Assembly (NCBI GenBank): GCA_976226885.1
Contig: OZ320314.1
Location: 104,222,001-104,286,000 of the forward strand
DNA: 64,000 bases
Origin: Iphione sp. A-MEVVRFRX5
Lineage: Eukaryota
Reading direction: 5' to 3'
The stretch's first letter is position 1. Every line of letters begins with the position of its first letter. Positions 26,601 to 38,529 of this stretch are shown one piece after another. The notes under the pieces are model-generated. The model had not been told where the DNA came from. It worked only from the letters and a program-made list of their open reading frames with translations, and made no database searches. Position numbers and translations under genes: made by a program.

Positions 26601-28036
26601 AAGAAGTGCCTCAGCCTTCAAGATAGGACGGACTGGTATTAATGGTCCTCCCATTCTAAACCTTTGATAAATATGACGACAGGCCGGAGCAGCAGCCAGC
26701 AATAAAGGGCATCGGCACTAAGTATACGTTGATTAAGTCGGGTGTAAGTGTGCTGTCACGAGTGCACGCGCCGTGTGTAGAGCTGATTCGTCATCAAAGT
26801 GCCATAACGCATTGGTGGGTATATGTATACTCATACACGCGCCAGTCGGCATGATTTCATCGTGGATGTGGCTGCCTTTCAGGAACCTCCACCTGAAGAG
26901 CACCTGGGGTGGAACGTTAACGAGAGCAACCGCTTTGAACGGCGCAGATATCAAGCAAACGGAGAGCCGACTAAAAGCATTGGAAAGTTGATGGATTCGG
27001 AGCCGGTCGTTGTCAGCCCATTTCACAATTAATACGAGCAGCCACTGATAGCGGCAGTGTGCTGCCCCTGCAGTCGGGCTGTGCTCGGGATAATGATGTC
27101 TAGTTAGTGTCCGTAGCCTGCCCTATTGCTGGCCGTCACCTGGAAATGCGCTAATATTCGTTATGTGCGCATGATGAATTCTCAGTCTCCCTCCATACAC
27201 ACAGGCTCGAGATCTCGTTCGAGCGAATGCGCCCATCCGCTCTTTGTCATTCTGCAATATGCGAATACAAGTGCAAGCTATGGCTTCTACCCAACTAGGA
27301 GCCAATGTTTAGGAAATGAGGGCCTGCAATTCTAGTCTATACATGTAACGGTTTAAACTCTGTGAAATTAAGATACCCTCTGCAAGTTAGACCGATATTT
27401 TGGGGAAAACGTATCTGTATTTGGACATTGATTTTCTCTCCTGGCTGTCCGCTGTGTCCAGTTGCAAACTTTCGGTACATTTTTTTGTGACAAAATGCCA
27501 CTTCTTCTGAACAAAAGGCAGAAGGAGGGAATGCAAGGGGAAGCGATTAGGGCCTAGATATTGATTGGCTTTGTATAAATGAGTCCCAGTGGCATCCCCA
27601 TTTTAGGTCAGCTCCTGAGTCCTGCCCAGTCCGGCGGGTTCTTCGGCTTGTCCACCTGGGCCCTACTCCACCTTGCTGGTCGTGAGGAATATCAATGGCG
27701 GGTATAGGGTTATGCACACACTCTCCATGGACAATGGTGAAACCCATCGTGGAATAAGGCTGTCCTCGCCGGTACCATTCAAAGATGAGATTCCACTACC
27801 GTTAGGTACTCTTTCGCAAAATGCCACAATTCGCATATCAAGTAATGCCAGTATTGCGGGGGCGTAGCTATGTTGGGGGTGGGATTGTTTCAGTGGAAAG
27901 AATTTCACGTATCAATTTTTATTGAGAGAAATCGTCAATGAAGATTTGCGAATACCACTGAAAAAAAAGAAATAGAGCAAACTTTGGCATTAAAAGGAAA
28001 TATTTTTCTTATCCTTCAGCATAGCTTAAAACTCTG

Positions 28037-28880
28037 TTCTTTGATCAAGGATTGCAGCTCTCGATCCCTCAAGAGCTGACGAATGTATGATCAACAAATC
28101 TATCTGACCGATCAGAATTTGTAAGAACAGAATATGCAAAAAGACATAAAAGAGATTTCACAACTGACAATTCTCATACAACTAATAAAAGTATCTGGAA
28201 CATAGTGGCGGTTATGAAAGGGACCACTGTCATACACAACGTCAAAAGATATCAGCATACGTTTCTAAGCATCTCTTTTAGGATAGAATCTAACAAAGGA
28301 AAAGGATTTCTGGATATATAATGTCATTCAAGTTTCAAGTGGAAAATGTCTTGTTTTATCAAGAAAGCTCTTAATCCGACTAATCCAAAACATTTTAGAT
28401 GTAATTTTATTTAGCTTTGGATTAATACGGGGTCTGAGTCAGTCAGCGTGCCTAGGAAAGATACTTCTCAGACTCTACGTAAGCGATGTCAGTTAATTAA
28501 TAGGTCCAACTGAGTGTAAGTTGAATTGTCAAATGTCCTTTATTTATATTTTTCCGTTATTAACGACCAGGTTGTTCTTAGTACATTATGTCTGAACCAT
28601 TTCTAATGAGTGTTGCAGTTGTAGAGCCAGACCAAGTGCATTAGTCGTGCAAGAATAATCGTAACATTGTCTATCTACAGGATAAACATATTTGAGAAGG
28701 CAGCCGTAACAGTGTCATTTATGTTGAATATCAACATTAATGGGACAAGGATTCACCCCTTTTAACCCAGTGGACATCTACCAGATTTCAGAGTTGAGAC
28801 CATTAAAAAAAACAGGCTACCTACAACAGGGTACAATCGAAACCAGTTTGGAGGCGAACCCCGAAAAGGGGAGTTGATGT
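28037..28880 (+). mobile_element. Possible ancient LINE ORF2 remnant (region between endonuclease and RT)
   Basis: Long near-open frames: AKRHKRDFTTDNSHTTNKSIWNIV (resembles K.KR.YY....N.K..W..I) and PFNPVDIYQISELRPLKKTGY (resembles F.PV...I..L...KS.G.D). By-eye similarity only. Confidence 0.22.
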
Positions 28881-31557
28881 CATGAGAGCAACTTTAGATT
28901 TGTAATGAAAATGTGGTGTTTTCATGTGTCTTTATACATTATCCGCTCCACCTCCAGCCAGATTGCACTCAACCTTCCACCATTCATACTCAGAATTATT
29001 CAAACACAGACTCTCTTTCACTCTTTAATTGTGCTCATCTAACACTGGTACTTTGTCAGTACTCCTCAAACGCCGCTGACATGTGCCTGACTTTTATCAG
29101 TTAAGCGTTATCTCTTTCTTCTGACATTGAACTTTTCATACAGTTACTAGCATAGTACTTACAGCGCTTGGTCCCCCCAACCCCTTGAAAGTCATTCTTT
29201 TATGGCAAATATTGAAGTCGTTACCTGCATATGACGCCCGGTGGGTTGCAGCACTTTGTGTGACTCTTTCCGTATCGTTTGTAATATTTCCTCTCTGTCA
29301 AAAAGTTTCTCTTATCTGATTGTATTTATCAAACTGTCCGATTCAGTGTTTACTAAAATGGCTTCTCGTGAACAGTCTTGAGAAGAAAGGCTGAACAAAG
29401 TAAGTTTTAAAACAATAAGAGTAAACAATTAAGTATTGCAAGCTTTGAAATAATATTTTCGTCTAACATTATCCATTTTGACATTAAAACGAAAAGGGAT
29501 AGATGGAGAAAAGACTTCAGTGTGAAACACATTCAAAGATTCTCTATGTTAACTGATCGTCTCAAGCAGTATCTTTCATGACCTTTCTTAATTCATCAAA
29601 TAACAGGAGTCGCACTGATATTGTCGATCATTTAAACTATTCGTGAACAAAAAAGCCCTGATTTCAACAAATGCCAGACTAGCGGCGACGCTTTCGGATC
29701 AGAATATGACCCTGTTTAAATATTTGGAATGGTGGTCAAGGAGCGTGCTCTGGGCAAAGAGCAGACACAATATATATAATAGCAGCTTGACAAGAGCTGC
29801 TAGGGTCCCAGCCTGCATGCCGTTGGCAGTTAGAACAGGGCGGTGTCAGGCGTTGGCCACTAAGGTGCTTGTAGAATGTTTCAAGGAGTAGGGGGTCGGG
29901 GGTAGGTTGCCAGGGTGACGACCGTCGAGATGACCAAGCTAGAGGTCAGGGGGTCACCAAGGGAGTAGCCCGGGAGGAGGGTGGGCCCATCCGCTGAAGA
30001 CAGATGAGACAATTGGGAGGAGCAATGTCATGGGAGATCCACCGCAATGGTGATAAAGTGCCATTAGAGGCGATGGCAGTGGTCCGTCTTAGCAGAAGAC
30101 GGCGAGCAGAGAGCAAAGGAGGTTGGTAGGACATGGTCACCAGTGTACGGGAGTAGTCCGTCGGCCTTGTTAAAATCCCCTCAAAATGAATGGCTGCTCC
30201 GTTTACCTAGTGGTGAATGATGGCGGCATAAATACACGGTCTATTTTGTATTCCGTATGTCAGAGTTATTTATGCATACTTATAATATATGTATTATTTT
30301 CATGCATGCACATACAATGTGTATTCGCATACATATATTTTATGTGTATACCTCGATATAACACTAGGCCCTACTCTCTCGTTCATCCATGGCCATCAAA
30401 TCACATAACGACATTGTCAGCGTAGGTCCAACCACTATCGACCCTCTCGCCGACAGAAATCTAAAATTCACCAAATTTGTTCATTTCCTTTCGTGATGCT
30501 CCAATAGACTTGACAGGTCAGAATACTTTTAGTGTTAGATGAAGTATAGCTGAGAAACTGTCTGCCTTAACAGCTTTTGAGGTGACCATCGGGCCGCCTC
30601 TCCCCTCCGAAAACCCGATTCTGATGGCCCTGTGGCTAAGCGGCCCCGACCTGGTGGGCACTGACCTCCCAGGTGATCCGAAACCCATCATGTGCCCAGG
30701 TTACAAGCACGCCGCACTAGGCGGGCTTCCCGACACCCTCATTACTCGCCTTTCCTTCCTTTCCAGGTCTGAGCTAAGCCGAGAGGGCAGATGGTCTGAA
30801 TGCATTTGAAGTAGTAGTTCGTGAAGCATCGGCTTCAGCTGGCGTTTGATTTGCTGTGAAGGCTTAATTAATCCGAATACATGTGATACTAACTATACAT
30901 TCACAGATACATGAAACGTTATATTCAAATACCTGTAGTTGTCGGAACGGTTTTCAGTATGGGGCATGAACAGAAAACACATTAAGGCCAAGAGCTACAG
31001 GTGGCTTAAAAATAAGTACACAAGGAATTTTCTTATAACTTCTCAGATTTATTCTATGTACCATTTGTAATTCAAATATGGAAAAAAAAGTTGGGGTATC
31101 AAGACTCATTTATCCAGCAGTGATCATCAAAGGGATGCTCCCCTTACCATTGAAGTCAATGGCAGAAGAGCAAAAAAGGAGTCATTCTGGAGGCAATTCA
31201 TGTCATAAGTTCAAAACCTGACAAACAATGTCTGTCAAAAATTATATTTAACCTTAAATATATATATTGTTTAAGATAAAAACATAAAAATATTGGTCTC
31301 AAGGTTACTTTCTCCACAAACTGACCTGAAAGGTGTAGAACTAGAAATTTTTGTAATAGGCTGAATAGCACATAATTCGTCATTTTTGACACATTTTATG
31401 CTGTAAGTCTAAAACCTGACATACATTGTTTGTCAAATTTTACATTTAAATCTTCATATCTATGATCATCAAGATAACAGCAAAAAAAATGTGTATTTTC
31501 AGTTCTATTCTCTATACAAAATGTCCCAAAGTAAGGACACTGACCCTTGACGAAGTT

Positions 31558-32058
31558 AGCTCCCGACCAAGTTGGAGGGAGGGGGAGAGAAGGGGAGAGA
31601 AGGGGGAGAGAGGGAAGGGACCAAGAGAAGGAGGGGANNNNNNNNNNNNNNNNNNNNNNNNNNNNNNNNNNNNNNNNNNNNNNNNNNNNNNNNNNNNNNN
31701 NNNNNNNNNNNNNNNNNNNNNNNNNNNNNNNNNNNNNNNNNNNNNNNNNNNNNNNNNNNNNNNNNNNNNNNNNNNNNNNNNNNNNNNNNNNNNNNNNNNN
31801 NNNNNNNNNNNNNNNNNNNNNNNNNNNNNNNNNNNNNNNNNNNNNNNNNNNNNNNNNNNNNNNNNNNNNNNNNNNNNNNNNNNNNNNNNNNNNNNNNNNN
31901 NNNNNNNNNNNNNNNNNNNNNNNNNNNNNNNNNNNNNNNNNNNNNNNNNNNNNNNNNNNNNNNNNGGGAGGGAGAGAAACAAAGAGAGAGACACACACAG
32001 AGGCAGAGACAGAGACAGAGCACACTGTAGGTCTAGTTTGAACTTCATTCACAAACAC
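31558..32058. repeat. GA-rich insertion inside the Kolobok-like element, spanning the assembly gap
   Basis: Absent from copy 1, which reads GATGAAG-CCAAAAATCAG contiguously. Purine-rich simple repeats lie on both sides of the N run. Confidence 0.7.
31638..31965. other. Assembly gap (N run)
   Basis: 328 consecutive N. Confidence 1.
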
Positions 32059-32178
32059 AGTCAAAAATCAGTTTCTTGAATTAAGAAAATTTTTCTTAAA
32101 ATAAGAAATATTCTTATTTCAAGAAACTGATTTTAGTTCATAAAATCGCCACTTGGCGCCTGCCGCTCTCGCCCTTAA

Positions 32179-32700
32179 GGCTAGGTTTCTATGCATCTGG
32201 AAATTACATCCGGAGTCCGGGCTGCATGGTGCGGAAAATAACAATTCTATGAGAGTCCACATGGCTGCTTCCATGTATACGCATGCGTGCTGCATGCTGC
32301 AGAGAGCGAAAACGGCCTTGGGCCCTAAATTTCTCTGGAGTATGGACTCTAGAGACACATACAATTGAGTAGTTTACTGAAATACGTATTTTAAGAAGGG
32401 GAAACACTGTGTAACATGTTAGATGCTGTGAAATATTTTTTAATTTGCATATCATTTGCATGAAAACCACATAATTTTCACCAATATGCTTCGACCTCCA
32501 CAAAAAGCCTCACAATTTTCACCGATATGCTTCAACCTCTGAAAAAACAAACATACCTTACATACATCCATTCTGACCGGGTTTTTGACCACCTCTGACC
32601 CGTACACATAGAAATCACCTGCCCATGCTAGTCTGGAAAATCGGCCGAATTTCTGCACCAGCACAGAGGACAGAAAATATGGATGCATGGAAAGTTAGCC
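32179..32700. mobile_element. PIF/Harbinger-like MITE with TAA TSD
   Basis: TAA|GGCTAGGTTTCTATGCATC ... GATGCATGGAAAGTTAGCC|TAA, a 19-bp TIR with 3 mismatches. Internal ~45-bp tandem duplication near 32465-32545. Confidence 0.75.
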
Positions 32701-35700
32701 TAATATTGTACTGTGCACAGAGCACTCTGCAAGCGTCGCAGTCAGTAACAAAAGAAGCTTCTCTGTGTAGAGGAAAATGACGACCCAAAGACGAAGTTAT
32801 TTGCAATGTTTTAACACTACCTGTACCACAAGAGATGCCTCAGAAGGATCTCTTTTGTAAATCCAAGTACTGAGATGAATTCGCAAGTGTAATTAGATTG
32901 CGTTGATTATACTCAATGCCTATCGAGAACCATCATCATTTCAGGCAGTCTCCAGGAGAATTGCCTCACATAGATTCGGCCACATGGAGCCGACTTAAGC
33001 CTCTAGCTCTGAAAAAAGTAGGAGGGGAAAAAATCAAAATGGGTATTGCTTGTTAGGATGGGGCCTTTTTAGACTGGACTTTTGGACGTAACATCGTAGT
33101 GCTGTCAAATGACACTGCGTATGCTGCTTGCTAACTAGTCAGGAAACAGCGCTTGTCCGTATGTGCAGGCACGCACAGGCTCCGTCGGGCTAGGCCAATC
33201 AGAGAGAGGAACACGAAACTTCGGCATGGCCAAAGGTGACTTGTGACGATGAGACAGGACATGATCACAGATAAGGTAAGAATTCAGCGTACTGCCAGCA
33301 TTTCCTTGACGACCAGAGGCTAAATGGTTTAATTGATGGGACCTTTATTTCTTGCCAATTAATCGCCGTTAGACCTTTACCACAAGTCACCGCCAAACTA
33401 AGGTATTTAAGCCAGAGGGAATTGAAGGAATGCACTTGACCCGAAAAGGCTTGCGGCGCGTATGCGGGAACGGAAAACTAATCCGTGTATTAAATTCAAA
33501 GTTTCGGCAACAAATCTAGAGTGAAACGAGATCACGTAATTATTCCACGTTTTGTGGAAGGAAATCTTGTAAAATTATTTCATATGAGAAAAGATCATCC
33601 AGGAGAAAATCAAAGCTATATGTTTTTTTTAAATGAATTCAAAGACTCTTTCACAATTTTACCTCGTATAAGGAAATCGTATATGCAACGGACACACAGA
33701 CAATATTTAGCCATCGATAGCCATTCAGACAATAAGCCCACAGGAATGAAACCTCGCTAAAAGATTGAAAGCAAAAGAAAGTATCGCATTTCCTCTCATT
33801 CAGATTGCTTCCCATTGACAGATTTTACTTTTCAAAAAGACTTCATGGCTTCAGCAGCTGCAACAATCTCCATCTTCGAAATACGACACTTGAATTAAGC
33901 TTTTATTATTTTTAACTTGCAGTTCTATTCTATCTGCTCTGTGCAGAGGAGACGATGGTTTTATATGCACTCTTAGTGGAACATTATCAGAATATTTAGA
34001 TGCGGCTAAAATTATACCTTTTCACACAGTTTGTAATTTGATACTCCATGATACTGACCAGATAATGCGAATAAATAACATTGCTATAAAGCGAACAGTA
34101 TTTACCAAATATACTCCAGTACATACAAACTGTATTACTTTTAATGTGAATGGTTCCTGTATATCAAAAGTGCAATTTGGTTAGTTTGGGAGATGTTTCT
34201 TCTATCGATTAGCATGACAAACGACCAGAGGTGTGTATGCTTTCTCCTTCATTTTCAGTCCCCATTTCACAAACCTGTACTCAAAATATTGTCACTGTCA
34301 AACGAACAACATCATAAATTTTTTGCCAGAATGCAAAATGCACTGCGTTTGTTTTAAACATTAATAAGTATTGCACATAAGGCGGACCGAAAACTTTGTG
34401 GAATTTGGTACATACGGTGATTCATATGCACGAGGGACGAACTGTAGTTTCCAATTAAGACACAATCTAGCCTTTTCTCTGAACGGTGTCTCATAATGAC
34501 ACTAAAAGCAACCGAAGATGGAGGAATTATTTCACATGTTGAGAGGGGGAGACGGTCGGGCAAAACGTGAGCCTTGAAAACCAACCATCTAGGCGGTCTG
34601 TGTGTGCAAAGCTTTAAAACTAAGACGGCATAATGCTCGGTGAGAGTCTTATTTCTTCGGTCCTGCCCTGACCAGTAAATGGAGCGAGAGCACTGACAGC
34701 ACAGCGTCAAATTACCACCTCACTCAGGAGACATGAAGCTTGGGCCGGGAATCAGTCCTAGGTTTACGACCTTGCGTGTCCATCCAGAGAGCGGCCATAG
34801 CCAACCCTCGGGCTAAATTGATGGCAGAAGTCAATGGCAAGATGCATATAGAAAGAATATGTCCTCCCCCCCTCTCCGTTATGGTGTAACATATCACCCG
34901 TAGTTTCTCTTTATATGTATGTGCTGTGTGTAATGTATGTTTTGTGGTACAATATGATGACATGCGTGGGTGAGGTATACGTTCAAGCCCGGACGTACGG
35001 GCACTGACGAGAAAAAAAAACTCATTGTTTGTTGATGATTTGTAGCTGGTCGAGGGAGTATTGAATCGATAACGGCAATAATGGCCGCCGGTGACTGATA
35101 CGATCGGCGACAGTTCAATAATAGATGGACGATAATTGGGCGCGGGTAGATATCTTGTGAGTACCTATAGCAGTTAAGGCATGGGGGAGGGCTGCCACCT
35201 GACCCACCGCAGCAACCGAGCTTTATTCGCGCTTTTTATGTCGTCGCCTGATGACGTTTTTCTGTCGCGCGCCATTTATGAGAGCAGATAGGCAGCATAG
35301 ATAACGCGGGCGACCATTTGGTGTCCATTTGGAGGTGACCCGCACGGCACCTCCACTCTCCCGTCCTACCGGCGACCAGCACCAAGTTGTGATATTTCTA
35401 GACTGTTTATGTTCGAATTATGTCGCCCGCATGTTCTCGTGAATCCGCACGCCCGCCACCGTGGCATGGGTCGGCTGACTTACCCCCCACGCCACGAGGA
35501 CAATATTACCGAATTAAAACTTCACCACTCCCTTCATTGCCTTAATGGTCAGTCCCTAACAGCGCCATGGCGCCGGCTGGTATTATGATGGCCAGGTGGG
35601 TGCGTATGGATGAGGTGCCACGTGGCTCTACGGTCTAGTTAGCCTCCACTCCTACCTGCTGCACGTTAGCCTCTCTACAAGTTTGCAGAACGTTAACAAC

Positions 35701-36231
35701 AATGCTTCCACGCTGCCTTCTGTTATGCCACCACCAAAAAAGACAGACTCCTGCAGAAAAGAGTTGGATCTACTAAAATGTTGTTTTTTTCTATTACAAA
35801 ATCAAATATTACGATCCTACCAGATGCAGCCAAGCACTAAACATCTGTTTGCATTTGTCATGAATAAGATAGTACATGTATGTTTGTCATCGTATTCCAT
35901 AGTAGTCCATCTCAAGCAAAGCAAAATCGAATCTGCAAAACAATATGACGACCTACAGTATGTCGGTATCACTTAATGGAAATGCTTTAGTGTTTTCCTG
36001 CTACCGATATCCTGAGACAATAGGCCTATAGAATGTATTCAAAAATTGTTTTGAAACCTGTAGCCTCATATAAATGTATGTGACTAATTTGTACTCTGCC
36101 AGAGACTATGCAATTATATTCATATATCTTCGTTCACTTATTTTCTGGCAATTTCTGCTTTAATTGTGTGGGATTTTACCCCGAAAAGAGTACTGTGTGG
36201 GAATTGTTTCCTATTTGGATAGACCTGAATA

Positions 36232-36889
36232 CAGGGGAAACTCGCTTTGCGACCACCACTTGGGTCGGCCCAAAATGGTCGTAATTCTGAATATGGTCGC
36301 AAAGTGATTGTGTATGGGGGTCTGGGCTTGAAATCATATCCCTTTCTCCCTCTCTCTTTATTAACATATGAAACATCCAAAAAGTGCTGAATTTGATGAC
36401 TAAAAGTCCAAAAAGTGCTGAATTTGATGACTTTAAGTCCAAAAAGTGCTGAATTTGATGATTAAAAGTGACTCAAAGAGGTGAGAGACCATCAAAGACG
36501 TCGCAGTTGACACCCCCGACCACTAATGGCAGACCCTCTCCAGGGTGAGAGACCATCAAAGACGTCGCAGTTGAAGCCACCGACACCCTGCGACCACTCT
36601 TGGCCTCACCCCTCCAGGGTGAGAGACCATCAAAGAAGTCGCCGTTGATGCCCGCGACCACTCCAGCTAACCCCTCCAGGCTGGGCAGTCACAAAGTGAT
36701 ATTAAAATATACAGAAAACGACCCAAAGAGGAGTGGTCGTAGGCTGAATATGGTCGTAAAGCAATATGGTCACAAAGTGATATGTTATCATATAGGAAAT
36801 GTACTGAAATTAATTCTGTTCCGACCCAAAATGGTCGCAATAGTCGATTTGGTCGCAAAGTGAGGAGATCGCAAAGTGAGACTCTCCTG
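36232..36889. mobile_element. TA-flanked MITE (pogo/Tigger-like)
   Basis: TA|CAGGGGAAACTCGCTTTGCGA ... TCGCAAAGTGAGACTCTCCTG|TA. The subterminal motif GGTC(G/A)CAAAGTGA is repeated. Contains the 31-bp array. Confidence 0.85.
36376..36468. repeat. 31-bp minisatellite, 3 units
   Basis: Unit TCCAAAAAGTGCTGAATTTGATGA(C/T)T..AAG, the same family as 10260-10429. Confidence 0.9.
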
Positions 36890-37512
36890 TATACATGTAG
36901 TTTAACATGTATACTTTACCTAACATGTATCTGGGTAAAATTCAGGCAGTTCAGGTCACTGATAAAGCGGGTAATTGACTTATTTGCTACTGCTACCACT
37001 GAAGAGCTCTACATGGTATGCATGACTTCCTGTTGTACCTAAACCCTATGTAAAACTGTCACTTTTTAATTGAAAAGTCTACATATTTGGAAGTACCTTT
37101 TGTTATATGTAACAGAATTATGATAAAGATATATGTGAAACTACCTTTAAATGAAGTGCTTACATCTAAACTCTCCTTATTTTGTGTATAACAGGCTGCA
37201 AAACTCCTCTATTATCACCCATCTTCACTTCCACAGTATTCTTGCAAAATAAACAGTTTTAGAGAGGATTTAGATTTACTGTTTGACTATTTTTCTTTTG
37301 TAAATTAATTGATCAAAGAAATAAAGATGAAAGATTTAATTGTCACAGTTTATAAATACATAAAAAGAACCCTGACAACCTTTTGTTTAACCTAGAAACA
37401 GAAGTGTTGCGTACCATGCACTGCTGCATCATGGGATAGTATTGGTTAAGTCAATGCAGAATAGAAAGACGTGAGTAGTATATGAAAATAGACCCTATTT
37501 TAAGCACAGTTA

Positions 37513-37921
37513 GGGGCCCTTTCCATGTATACAAATTATAATTTACATGTGGGATTGGATGCTGCAGAGTCTGCACACCCTGGAATAGGTGGTCAGGAGG
37601 TCGTCCTATGTGGGACATCACAAATGAGTGTTTTTTGTGCTGATCTCAAGGAATTCTGTCCAAATCTCTGTAGCTGATCTCGAGGAATTCCATCCAAATC
37701 TGTATAAACTGAGTTTTATGCAAATGATATGCAAATTAAATAAACAATTTAGCATGAACTAAAATACCACTACATTCTATGATAGTCTATTCTAATTTGT
37801 TCTCCGCTCGGCAATCTGTACATCACAATTTAGAACTGTATGCAAGGAAGCAGGATGATAGCCAATCTGGCATCTGCATGTGAGGCCAGGGCTGAAACTG
37901 TCGTATACATGGAAAGTCCTC
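37513..37921. mobile_element. PIF/Harbinger-like MITE with TTA TSD, related to 32179-32700
   Basis: TTA|GGGGCCCTTTCCATGTATAC ... GTATACATGGAAAGTCCTC|TTA. Shares CTTTCCATG in the TIR and an internal ATGCAAATGATATGCAAATTAAA block (inverted) with 32179-32700. 34-bp tandem duplication near 37640-37705. Confidence 0.75.
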
Positions 37922-38529
37922 TTAAATATAATGGATCTGTTATTCCCGCAGTCCTCAGCCCCTTGTGCAGGGCCAAAACTTGCAGACATGTGGAAAGGGC
38001 CCCTTATAATAGAAATCAGGTATCATAGAACATTACATGAAAACCACTGGACCACTATCCTCCCTGCTTCTTACTGCTGTGGCCAGGAAAAACTTGTTCC
38101 ACCACCCCTACTTTGGGACTTACATAGATATCCATATGACTACAATCTTTTAGTGCCTGATGAAACCCTAAAGGTTGAAACCACAGCAACTGGACCTTCC
38201 CCCCCCCCCTCCAACAGATTTTCTAACTGAGCATGGATCCCTGGCCTATGTCAATATTGAACAGGGTAGACACATACCAACCGATGAAGTGGGAAACCCC
38301 AGGTATTCACACACACACACACACTGCTCTTGTGGCATCAGGGGCCCCAACAGGATGGTGGAAGATACCACACATATGGTGAAAACAAACATACAACTAA
38401 ACTCAAAACATCAGAAGTCAGCATGCATTTATGTATCCAATTGCAAAATATATAGTTATAAAATTGTGTAAAAGACGAATGGGCAGGGAAAGATGTACGT
38501 ATGAAAAGACTTGTATTACTCTGGTCATA

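Larger units (their letters stand above)
30982..32178 (+). mobile_element. Non-autonomous TTAA-flanked DNA element (Kolobok-like), copy 2, both ends intact, interrupted by an insertion
   Basis: TTAA at 30982-30985 and 32175-32178. Imperfect TIR GGCCAAGAGCTACAGG versus reverse-complement end GGGCGAGAGCGGCAGG. Collinear with 1482-2107 except for about 500 bp extra at ~31558-32058. Confidence 0.8.

Noticed and set aside
31396-32079. Six long ORFs of 152-222 aa
   Set aside because: Artefacts of reading through the N gap and GA repeats.
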